Below, piece by piece: positions 48,201 to 59,590 of a stretch of 64,000 nt of DNA. The position numbers and the translations under genes were made by a program. The DNA is taken from assembly GCA_973895155.1 (NCBI GenBank), contig OZ316897.1:15003375-15067374 (forward strand). Direction: 5' to 3'. The notes beneath the pieces were generated by a model, which was not told the origin of the DNA, made no database searches, and worked only from the letters and a program-made list of their open reading frames with translations. Source of the DNA: Marsupella aquatica. Taxonomy: Eukaryota; Plantae; Marchantiophyta. Every line of letters starts with the position of its first letter. Position 1 is the first letter of the stretch.

Positions 48201-49787
48201 TAGTCAAGATTTGGGGCACCACTCCTGACAACATTGATGCGGCAGAGGATAGGAAAAGGTTTGAAGCGATTTTGAACGAGGTGGGTATCAAGCAGCCCGC
48301 TGGAGGAATTGCAAGAAGTGAAGCGGATGCATTGGCCATTGCTTCACGGGTGGGCTATCCCGTGGTTGTTCGACCATCCTATGTGCTTGGTGGCCGTGCC
48401 ATGGAGATTGTGTATGATGATGCGAAGCTTAAGACATACCTTGCGACTGCTGTGGAGGTGGATCCGGACAGACCAGTTTTGGTTGACAAGTACCTCACAA
48501 ACGCTACAGAGATCGATGTGGATTCTTTGGCTGACAAGGACGGAAATGTTGTGATTGGGGGTGTGATGGAGCACATAGAGCAAGCTGGTATTCACTCAGG
48601 AGATTCAGCTTGCTCATTACCAACACAAACTATCAGTGCACACGCTTTAGCAACAATCCGAGATGCAACGACCAAACTAGCACAGAAACTTGGAGTAATT
48701 GGGCTTATGAACTGCCAGTATGCAATTACAATGTCTGATGAGGTGTATATCATCGAAGCAAACCCTAGGGCCTCTCGAACTGTGCCATTCGTGTCCAAGG
48801 CCATAGGCCATCCCTTAGCCAAGTATGCGTCACTGATTATGTCCGGAAAGACAGTCTATGATATAGGCTTCTCGGAAGAGGTGATTCCCAGACATGTTTC
48901 AGTCAAAGAAGCGGTTCTACCTTTTGATAAATTCTCTGGTTGCGACGTGATCCTTGGGCCAGAAATGAGAAGTACAGGAGAGGTAATGGGAATGGATTAT
49001 GGCTTCGACAAAGCCTTTGCCAAAGCTCAAATCGCAGCTAGCCAGCGGTTACCGCTCTCGGGAACAATATTTTTCAGTCTAAATGACTTAACGAAGTCAG
49101 GTGCTGTGCCAATTGCAAAGGGATTCCAAGAGCTTGGCTTTAAGATTGTTGCCACTTCCGGCACTGCAGACTACCTGAACAAGGTATTTTACCACTCTGC
49201 TCTTGAATTTTCTACCGTAGTGGAGCAGCTGATCCTATTGTGACATTTGCGGCCTTGTGAATGTTATCAAGTGTTCAAATTTTGGAAATAATGCGATGTT
49301 GGGGTTAATGTGCAGGCTGGTGTTGAGGTGGAAAGTGTTCTGAAACTACATGAAGGGCGACCACATGCAGGTGACTTGCTGGCCAATGGTGGGATTCACC
49401 TGATGATCATCACGAGCTCTGGGGATGTACTTGATCAGAAAGATGGGCGGGAACTTAGAAGATCAGCTCTGGCTTACAAGGTAAAGTTGTTGCATCCGTT
49501 TTCTCTGCCGTCTCAAGTTGCGTTCGTCATGCAGACGTTTTTGACGGTGTGTTGCACAATTACGAGTAGAGTTTCCTTCATTAAATCTTTTTTTCTGTGT
49601 ATAGTTGTTGTGTTGAACTTAGCTTTAATACGTCATATCTCGTATGCAGGTCCCTATTGTTACTACTATAACTGGAGGGCTTGCAAACCTGGAAGCGGTG
49701 AGAAGTCTAAAGCAGAGCTCTGTAGAAATGATCCCATTGCAGGACTTTTTTAACAATGTTGATAAAGGCACCACAGTGTTGAATTAG
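45211..49787 (+). CDS. carB: Carbamoyl-phosphate synthase large subunit, plastid-targeted; 5 exons (45211-46758, 47053-47745, 47960-49183, 49316-49480, 49650-49787)
   Basis: [99 protein letters not shown] domain. GT-AG introns all in phase 0; long Ser/Arg-rich transit-peptide-like N-terminus. Confidence 0.97.
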
Positions 49788-51163
49788 TGCAGCACGTCGT
49801 AGGTGTACTAAAATAGAACGCGCGAACTTGAAGGGGGTTGGGCCTTTTGCCCCAACTCTGACGAGAAGACCTGCATAGTAGGACTTTTCTAGCGTCTTTC
49901 TGGCTACTGATGGATTGCACTTCAATGCGCATAACCTTCAATGCTGTCCATCAAGGGGCAGGGATGTTGGCAAAGTTTGTTCGTACTCTAGTGTAGTTTG
50001 GAAATTTGGAGTTATTTCAGTAGGAGCTACATTAGTTCATTTTGAGAATCAATCTCCGAACGGGAGCTAACCTGGAAATAGTTTCCTTCACCGAGAGTGT
50101 ACTTTGAGAAGAGAAGAGTGTTCTAGGAATCAAAGTTGACCTGTAACGCAATTTTCCTCCTTATGAAGCATGGGGAGTGTAACTGGATAATGTGGTTTTG
50201 TTTTGGGAGATTGTTTCTCAGAACCATAGTTTATCTATCACGGAATTTTCCTCCTATGCATCATTTGGAGTGCAGTTCTGTGCGCCGCAACCGACATCAT
50301 AGTATCTCGGAATATATATATATATATATTGGGAATAGAAAATTCTACGCAAGCATTAGCAAGTGCCAGAGCACTTATGTGTACAGGACACGCCAAGAAT
50401 TAGAAAATCTGATTCGTATTGGACTACAAGATTTGTCCTGTCCTCTAATAAAAGTGGTTCCAATCTTCTCTTCAAAGTCTCTCCTCATATGTCCTATTTT
50501 GTCTGAAAATTGTTCTTTTGATTTGTGACGTGAAGCCTGCAATCCTTTCGCAGCTTGTCCTGCTGCACTGATTTGTGAAGCATCATCAGTCAACAAGCCT
50601 CATCTGAAGCAAGCCGTATCCACATTCACCTCATGCCAAGTGTCGAGCGGGCTTTTCATACCGATACATGGGGGGACTCAGCCTCGGTGGATCTTTAATG
50701 GATACGCACTCTACCCCTCATCAAAATAGGGGCCAATGATCGAAAAAGATAATTCCACCAGAAAATTGATCCAGACACCAATCGAATTGGGATATGGACT
50801 GCGTGGGACGCCACTGAGAGCACTGCGTGGGACGCCACTGAGAGCTTCTATGGTAGAAAACTCTTTGTCCTTAGGGCCGTCTTGCATGTGCAAGAGTCCT
50901 CAAAAAAGCGACCCTTAGCAGTCCGCAGATGTCGGCAAAAAGTGGAGTGTGAATCTAAACACAATCAAGATGAGTATACGTGTGACGTGCTCAAACAGTG
51001 GCAGCTACTTCATTTACTTTAGCACCGCAAATTGTACAGGGCAGGATGCAGGAGCTTTTGCAGTAAAACATGTCCCTGCAAAGTCGAAGCCTGCATAGTT
51101 CCGCATTACATGCGGCAATGTGAAGCAAAGTTCCGCATTACATGCGGCAATGTGAAAGTGCTC

Positions 51164-51270
51164 ACTCGCTTGTGCTTGCTTCCTGCTGTTTGGTCACTGC
51201 CACTGCTCACTTTGCGCGACTGCCTTCACAGCGGCAGTGACCAAACAGCAGGAAGCAAGCACAAGCGAGT
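51164..51270. repeat. Perfect 38-bp inverted repeat with 31-nt spacer (hairpin) inside the Harbinger
   Basis: ACTCGCTTGTGCTTGCTTCCTGCTGTTTGGTCACTGCC (51164-51201) and its exact reverse complement (51233-51270). Confidence 0.95.
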
Positions 51271-52156
51271 TCAGTTGCGCTGCTGCCTTGAATCACAACA
51301 TGCCTCGTTCACATGCGCTCATGCCTTGATAGCAGCCTCGATGCTTCACCTGGAATTGTTGCCATTTGCTCACTTCACCTGGAAACGTTGCTTCGTTACT
51401 TTGCTTGCTCACTGCCGCGCGCTGCTTCATTCCTTTGCACTGCTACTCAGTTGAATATGTGCTTCGAAACTTGAATCGGACTCGCACTCCTGCTCACATA
51501 GCACTACTCAATAAGCGACTTCAATGGAAATGTTGGCACCACTAGGATTGCCTGGGAGCTGACTTCGTGTCCTTCGTCTTTCCTCAACGATTTGTGCCAG
51601 CATTTTATTCTAGCCACAAAATTTCTGGGAGGACACTACTAGGCGTTCACACTTGATCGAAGCAAAGGTAATGTCATGCTACGAATCGAAGCAAAGCTAA
51701 TGTCAATGCTGCGATGACTGTGAAGCAACGATTACTGTGAAGCAAGGACTTACAAAAATTAAGAATTCCTTGCACAATCTTATAGTGTTTCGGAAGGACT
51801 CCCAAACAATTCCTAACAGAATCGTTGTGTACACTTGCCAAGTACTAGTTTGCTTTCGAACCAGTATAGTAGAGTGTAGGTATTTTACATACATACAAAG
51901 GTTGAGTATATGTAGTGATGTCCTAAGCTTTCCTTACTTGTACTTTACAGAAATTCAGTGGTTACTTTGTATGCATGCACATGGATGCTCACAAAAATTC
52001 ACTTTCCTCTTGGCTACTACTTGGTTCACTTGTGTATGTCCAATTAAATTGGTTTCACTCATTTAGTACCCTCAATTTCTCTCTTCACTTTTGGCAATTT
52101 TTTTCCTTTAAATCACTCATTTTGCAGGGCTTTTGAGTTCAGACTGTTTTGAAGCA

Positions 52157-53514
52157 ATGGTGCTTTCAAATGAGGAATGGGAAATAATACTGTCCATTAT
52201 TGTTGCTCTCCAACAACTGCTCTTGTTGCAACTGCAATTGGCCACTCTGGTTGCCACCGATTCTTTACCACATAGACCGGTGCAGGATGACAACGGTACA
52301 CAATTTGCAAATTTACTTCAACTCTTTCAAACTATTCAACATGCATTTTATGGAGACTATCATCATATCTTGCGGAATTACATTGAAACTAGATCAAGAG
52401 AGTGGAGCGACTGGTATTTGATGCATGTCATCGAGCATGATCCGGTTCGTTTCAAATATTTGTTTCGAGTGTCACCGGCAACATTCATGTACATTTGTGA
52501 CCTGGTTAGAGAAGACATGACAACGAATCCACCACCCGGCCTTCGCAATTTGACAAACAGGACATTGTCCGTTGAGCGTCAGGTTGCCATAGCCCTACGT
52601 CAGTTTTCCAGTGGGTGTTTGCTATTGACACTTTCAGAGATGTTTGGCGTTTCTGTCCCATGCATATCGGATGTTGTTTGGCGATTTGTTAGGGCTTTAA
52701 GTGTGCGAGGCAGAGGGTAACATTTGAGTTGGCCGCAAGGAGAGGCCATGGCAAGGGTAAAAGAAGAATTTCGGCAATTGCAAGGATTCCCAAATTGTTG
52801 TGGTGCCATTGATGCCACTCATTTTCAAGTGGAGTTACCTCCTAGAACAAACTCTGCTGACTATCGTGATTACAAACATGGTCAGAGCATTTCCATGCAA
52901 GCTATCTGTGATAGTCGTCTTCGATTTTTGGATGTTTTTTCAGGATGGCCTGATAGCATTCAAGACTCTCGCCTTCTACGGGTGTCTGGGTTTTTTAGTG
53001 ATGTTATGGAATATCACACAAAACTCTCCGGTCTAGTATTTACTTCTCCATCAGGATTTAGTACAAGGGAGTACATTATTGGAGATTCTGGTTACCCTGC
53101 TTATCCCTGGTTGCTTAACCCTTTTCCTGCTACAAGAGAGCGTAGTAGAAGGAGACACTTTAATTATATGTTGAGCTCAACTAGGATGTGTGTGGAGCGA
53201 GCTTTTGGGCAATTGAAGAATAGTTGGAGATTTGTTTCACGCAAAATGTATAGGCCGTCTCCTTATCGACTAGCGCACTATATTACTTGTGCATGTATTC
53301 TTCATAATATTCGTATTGACCTGGAGATGTGTACGACCCAGCTTGGGGGATAGATCCAGACCCTCCTTATGAACCCGGAGGACCCCCTGCTGCACATCAA
53401 AATTATGATAATGGGCGTAGATATCGCATTGCCATGATGGATCATTTGTTGCCAGAGATAGAGTGGGAGGAACAACAAAGACGTCATGCTGCCCCTAGGG
53501 ATCACAGATTGTGA
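52157..53514 (+). pseudogene. Harbinger DDE transposase (DDE_Tnp_4/HARBI1-like) with an in-frame TAA at 52718 and a frameshift near 53330-53350
   Basis: F...FRVS..TF..IC, SVERQVAIAL, GFPNCCGAIDATH, QAICD..LRF.DV..GWP, IIGDSGYP..PWL..PF, FNY.LSSTRMCVERAFGQLK.SWR, ACILHN. Confidence 0.93.
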
Positions 53515-53662
53515 TCACTTATGTTTTAATTCATACATGCTTACAACAAATTTGAAATAAAATTTGTGATTAAAAGTGCATCAAAGTGTCATCAAAGTTT
53601 GTACATAGTTTCATGTCACTCTCAATTCAACCATTGTCTACACAAACTTAGGAAATTTTGCT

Positions 53663-54785
53663 CTACTGGGAAGGTCGTGAAGAACTTGCAAGCTTCTCCA
53701 TCAGGACGTCAGTCAAACGTGTTATCTTCTCAGTTGTTGCCGTCATTGTTGTAGTCAAAGTCCTCTCTTGGCGCTCTCGGATCTGACACTCACGTTCTTG
53801 GATTTCACACTCACAATCTCGGGTGTGAGAATCATGTTCACAAATTTCACAATCGCGCTTGGCCGAGGAAGCCATGTCAACACAACTGTTGGCCATGGTT
53901 TTCAGCTGTGCTTGCCTATCATTGCCAGACTTGAATGTCTTCCGTTTAACACCTCTCTTGCTTGGGCCAGAAAAGTCCTGAGGGGATGATGGTTCTCTCA
54001 CTCCATCAGTACTGTTGGTGTCCCATTGCGCACTCTCTTGCGTTGGCCTTGCTCCTTCAGTCTGGCTAGTAGGTACTAACCTCTCCTCACCAACCTCATC
54101 TCCATGATCACTTGCAAAACAAAAAACTTGTTGCATTGAATAAAAGAAGATAGTAGCAAAGAAATTTAATTCATAAAATAAACATATAGATACACTTGGG
54201 TAGCAAAGCACTTATAGAGGTAAGAGTAAAAACAATCTTACTTTCTGACGACAAAATTAATGGATCCTCCTGGGGGCCCACCTCGGGGTTTCGGTCCATA
54301 GCAGAAATGTCAGATAAGAATTTTTTTGGTGGAGTGATGCGCGGAATATCTGCATACCACTCCATCATTGTCTCATACAAATCAATAGAGAAATTAGTGG
54401 GAAATCTCTTTTCGCGGCGCTGCTTGTCATCCATGTTGAAGTAGGAAATTTGCCCGGTTTTTTGCAAATTTTTATAGTCATAAATTGTTTTGAATTTGCT
54501 GTCAATGAGTTGCCACTTCTTCTTGCAACTGTTGTGATCTCGAATAGGATTAGTGAACCACTCACCCTCCATAAATTTGGCCACTGCTTTCCATTTCAAC
54601 TTAGTGCTAGTCATCTTCTGTTGAGTGGATCCTCCCAGTACAACAGTGTGGTACTCATATTGCTTTGCTGCAATAAGAGCCTTCATCTCCTGCTCACTCC
54701 AATCTGGCAACTTACTCTTTCCTTGAGGCTGTGTTGCATTCTGCCATGAAGTTGTGCCTTGGCCACTCTGGTTTTGGCTGGTCAT
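53663..54785 (-). pseudogene. Harbinger Myb/SANT-like (trihelix-type) DNA-binding protein, 2 exons (54785-54242, ~54111-53663); intron acceptor appears mutated
   Basis: PDWSEQEMKALIAAK...KWKAVAKFM...RDHNSCKKKWQLIDSKFKTIYDY...SYFNM....RREKRFP.NF; coiled-coil C-terminus. Confidence 0.85.
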
Positions 54786-55209
54786 CTGAAAAAAGCCAAA
54801 AAGCAATATGTAGAAGCCAACATACAAATTCCCAAACCTGACCCTAAAAGGAATTTACACCCAATTTGACACTAAAGTATGCATGAATAATATATATGGC
54901 TTGCTCGGTATGTCCAAGGTTGGTGCATACAAGTACTAATTAGTGCAGTATGTACGAAGTTAGTACATATGACTCATAATTAGAGCACATCTTGAGCTAC
55001 AACAAAGAAAATAGAGTAGTCACAATCTAGAGTTGTGCACTTGCTCGTCATGGCCTCCTTGTCAGTTTCGAACTACAAATGGGCACTCCTGTAGTACATG
55101 GCCAGTTTTTATGGTAATGTTAAAGTTTGGATTATTTACACTCTCCTTGTGTATAAACGACTAGAGAGTATAGTCGGGGTTCTGGTCTTAGCCGGGAGTA
55201 TTCAGAGGC

Positions 55210-55370
55210 AGCTAGTGGACTATTTAGTGACCCGAAGCAGTTCATGGTATGAATGAAAAGACAGTGGACTAGTCGACCCCCCGAAGCAGATCGTGGTATG
55301 AATGAAAAGGCAGTGGACTATTGGACCCCCGAAGCAGTCTACAGTTAGAATGAAAAGGCAGTGAACTCTA
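55210..55370 (+). repeat. ~50-bp tandem repeat x3 within the Harbinger, upstream of the Myb gene
   Basis: gtggacta...gaccc(cc)gaagcag...gaatgaaaagg/aca units. Confidence 0.8.
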
Positions 55371-56513
55371 GATCGAGGACTCGATCTCCACGGAAATGAG
55401 TTGATTTGGCATTTACGTAGTAACTTTACAAGGATCAGGTTTTCAAAAATGCAGCTTTACAGAGGTGTCCTCAAAAACTTCTGGTTGTCTTATAATGATT
55501 CTACTTTCGGCAGCAAGAGAAACGAGGGAACGGGGATAGGAGCTAGCTCACTATCCATGTCGGGGCAGGAGCTCATTATCCATGTATGCACTGCTCATAA
55601 AGCAATGCACTCTAGTAGAAATTGCAGGCACCAGCCTACTGTTGTACCGTGAAGGAGATTGAGATGGTAATGGCAGGAAGTTTCACCTAATCTAGCCACC
55701 ATTGGAGCATAAGCGGCAGCGCTTTACTAGCGTTCAGACTTGGCAGGCATGCTATCACAAACGTCAACAATTGAACAAGAAATGTTTAATTTGTCTGCCC
55801 CGACCCAACTTTTCTAGATTAGACAGCAGCACACACTATCGATCGGAAAGCAGGATTGAATTGAATGTCACTGATGAATTGAATGTCAAGGCAAAATTGA
55901 ATAGAATGTTGAAATGCGGAGCTTTGTATACATGATAGCAACAGAAGGATTTGCAAACTTCGGTTCCTTGATCAATTGGCAAATTGTTGGCTCCTGGATC
56001 GATTGATGATGATTTCCAGACACTATCCTGCACCGGGTAGAACCACGTACAGCGGCTGGTGCTTCTTGCCTCTTATGAATTGTTCATCACCAGTGCTCAA
56101 GCCTTCCCAAGATTCAATTCACATCTTCATTCCTTTGTAGCCTTCAATTGTTTGCGTTCTTCTCTTTCAATTTGCACCAGGCAGTCTGTGGATTCGCGTG
56201 TCTGTCTAGGTGAGACATTTCTCGACTACCATATGCAGGGGGCAGTGGTGTTTGCAGGGCGAACACCAGGAGTAGGGAGCAGGTGCACGGTAAATTCATC
56301 GAGATGTCGGTGTCCAACACGTGTATACTCTGGGCTTTTGTTTTATTCAAAATTGAAAGGTCGGGACCTCAAGGGCCGGAAATTTTCCGGCCCTTGCCCT
56401 TGCATACCCTCCAAAGACGCCGTCAAGACTGCCGGCATGTCGCTTCATTGGGAAATGACACGGGTTCATTTAAGGGCCGGAACACAAAGGACATCTCACA
56501 TGCAAGACGGCCC

Positions 56514-56750
56514 TTAGTCTCTGAAAGCTTCTATGGTAGAAACTCTTTGTCCTCAGTCTCGAAACAGATATCCCACAAGCATGCATTTCCCTAAAATTGG
56601 GATCTGGACTGTGTGGGACGCCACTGAGAGCTTCTATGGTAGAAACTCTTTGTCCGGGATCTGGAGTGCGTGGGGTGCCACTGAGAGCTTCTATGGTAGA
56701 AACTCTTTGTCCTCAGTCTTGAAACAGATATACTCACAAGCATGCATTTC
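56514..56750 (+). repeat. Tandem repeat array split by the Harbinger insertion (left part 50790-50870)
   Basis: Units ctgcgtgggacgccactgagagc and agcttctatggtagaaactctttgtcc occur on both sides of the element. Confidence 0.85.
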
Positions 56751-58550
56751 AAAGTACTAGTTAAGGGCATTGGTTGACTATATGAGTATTTGGGCCAATA
56801 GGAATGTGCCACATCATCACTTTATGTCTTGTAATGTGACTATAAAGTTTTGAGATATTTGTATGTCATAATTTTCTGGAATGTGCAAAAAAAGTAGAGT
56901 CATGGTGTGTGTAAGTCTCATAATGTGACTATGCTATTTGAAATATTTGTATGTCATAATTTTCTGGACTGTGCAAAAAAGGTACACTCATGGTGTGGGG
57001 TAAGATTATATGGGTAGTGTCTATTGTATGTGTCAGAACATTTCTGGCCTGTGTGTGATAGGCATCCCCTTAAGGTTGGCCAATGGGGTTTTGGTGGACC
57101 ATTATGTGTATATGGTATTTTGTATGCCTCCCCGCATATGCACGTTGACATACAGTTGACCTTTATATGCATTAATGGTCCATCACAGGACCATTACCCT
57201 ATACGTGACCAACAGATACGATGGAAACTTGACATGGTGGGAATTTTAGCGCCGACTGGCATGTGGACTGCCCTTAGTTTTCCGTCCCTCAATTTCACAG
57301 ATGACATTAAAATATAGACTTGAGGATTTTGTGTTTAGGCTAGAAACTTTCAGGTACATGATGTCCCTTACTTTGAACTCACAATAAAACAAAAACATTG
57401 ACACCAAATGATAACAAAAAACTAAAAAAGCAGGGACATGAAAAAGGCTTATGCAGCGTATTTTGTGTTAACATTATTTTTGCGCACATGAATTAGTGTT
57501 ACTGTGCTCTTAAGAGTGGAAAAATAGAGAGAAAAAATGTATTTTGAAAAATCCAACAATTAGTGTTACTTTGGACTCAAGATCATCCATTTTTTATAAG
57601 CAATTTAAACTAAAGTGGAAAGAAATTGTAAATTAGTGTTACTTGGACTCAAAATCATTTTTACCAATTGTACTAACACTAATTCTTGGATAACACTAAT
57701 TATGGTGAATGATGTAGATACTACAATATAAGGAGTGCAAACTGCCAATAGTTTGAAGGCAGCCCACATGCAACTTGGCTCTAATTCTTCACCCACTCTG
57801 TCCGCCCTCAAAATCATTGATATTGCAACTCATTGAGAAAATCTGGTCTCAACACACAAATTGACAATTGAAATCCCATTCAAATCTCTAGTACTACATA
57901 CCAAATGATTACTCGTACCCAACACAGGACCTGCAAAGTAGTACTGATCTCAATTTCTCCCCCACCTCTCACACTGCATGTGCATCTAGAGTGATGTCAA
58001 CCATTAGTGAGTCTCAAACTAGCTGTTTCCCAGTCTTTTTTTGGGTCCCACAATGAAGGAAGTTTGCGGTCCTGACCTTGACAAAAACCAAAAGTTAGTT
58101 TCTTAGTTTGAGTCAAGTCACAACATGCACCTTCATCATTGTCATTTTTAGGACACCGATGCATTTGCACAAACCAAATATAAGTGTGATGCAGTGCACT
58201 AACCACTTCATTTGTGATGATGGCATAATCCAGGAATGGCAGATGGTCAACCTGCAACAATCAATGCAACAGCTGGTTTGAGACATCCTATTAAAGATTT
58301 ATGTAAGCGATCACTGTCGTTGTCAGTTACCCAATTCAACCACAAATGACCAGCAATCAAAAATTGAATGGTTCACAGGCTTAGTAAGAGCCAAACTTGC
58401 AAGATTTCATTGAACACATGATTCAAAGCTTGAAATGTTGCATTGCATTGAAGGCTATCAAGTTGCACTCATGCATAACATGCATCTTCTTTGGTCCTAC
58501 TCAATCTTAGACCAAGGAAATGAAAACCCACTAGTTGTCCTCATTTACCA

Positions 58551-58842
58551 TGTTGGGGATAATCCTTATCCTGAAACACCATGCACATGTGAACACCATA
58601 CAAAGCTGTCGACATAGTGAGTACGTGGTTCATCTCATGATTGAGGTTACGTCCACGGGAAAACAAGAGACCTTTGCTTCTCTCTTGCTCCATTCTAACA
58701 ATGAACTGAAGATCCACCAGAGGCTGACATCAGCCATGGTTATATACAACATGCATCATTGTTAACCTCAGCTAAGTCCTAATCTGAGTTACCCTAATTA
58801 TAGTGAACTCTAGAATCACAAGACTAAGAACAATACTTAACA
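58551..58842 (-). mobile_element. Solo LTR (292 bp) of a copia family related to the elements at 1-4845 and 26374-32130
   Basis: TGTT...AACA termini; 5-bp TSD TACCA (58546-58550 / 58843-58847); internal tacgtggttca..tgagg.tacgtccacgggaa and terminal ctaagtcctaa..cacaagacta.a.caata.taaca match the first element's LTR. Confidence 0.9.
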
Positions 58843-59544
58843 TACCAATGTATAAAACTCAAACAAAGGCCTATGTAGCATTGCACACATAGCAAGACCA
58901 CAAATGGTGCACATTAAAACTCATCGTCTATGAGATATGTTTGTGAACAAGGAAAATCAACTTCCTGAGCTGCTACATTTTCAGGAACTCAAGTTGATCA
59001 GTAGCAACATCATGCAACAGAATAATTTTAGGTGTTCATGAGGAAAATCTACAAAACCCAAATCTATAACCATTGACCAACAAACTGCTTTCTTCTCTTT
59101 TTGTGACACCCTTGACTCATTTAACCAATGATAAACCCCTCAGATTGCTTCCACACGGAACCTCCACAATGGTCATCAGCATCTTAGATACAACCATAGA
59201 CTGACATCAGCAGGTATCAGTATTTGACAACCGTACGTAGATTGAATTTTCAAAAACCCAACAACAAATCCCATAAGGAGACAACTACTATATAATCTCT
59301 TCCATATACAACCAAAAAATAGAACAGTTTCAAGTAAGTGGATTAAACTTGACTTTTTGCATTTTCTTTACCAGGTTTGGCCAACACCATGTTACACTAA
59401 CAAAACCCTCTTGGGTTGGGGATGCTCTACGTCCAGGTAAGGGACAAAAAGAGGGTGACGACCTTGGATTTAAGGCCAAAAAAACAATTGATCATTTTTG
59501 TTGGGTGTAGGGAAGGATACTTTTGAATTTTTGAATTTTTTTTT

Positions 59545-59590
59545 GGGGGGGGTGGGGGGGGGGGGGGGGTGGTTGGGGGTGGGGCGGGTG
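59545..59590 (+). repeat. G-rich run (potential G-quadruplex)
   Basis: Long poly-G tracts: gggggggg t ggggggggggggggggg t gg tt ggggg t gggg c ggg. Confidence 0.6.

Larger units (their letters stand above)
50874..56513 (+). mobile_element. Full-length PIF/Harbinger transposon (5640 bp), decayed
   Basis: 17-bp TIR GGGCCGTCTTGCATGTG / CACATGCAAGACGGCCC; TTA TSD (50871-50873, 56514-56516); convergent DDE transposase and Myb/SANT genes. Confidence 0.95.

Noticed and set aside
45163-49787. Bacterial or horizontally transferred carB
   Set aside because: It has GT-AG introns and a transit-peptide-like extension; an ordinary nuclear plant gene.
51159-51178. miR156-complementary-like sequence GTGCTCACTCGCTTGTGCTT
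   Set aside because: About five mismatches, including the seed-pairing end; probably chance.
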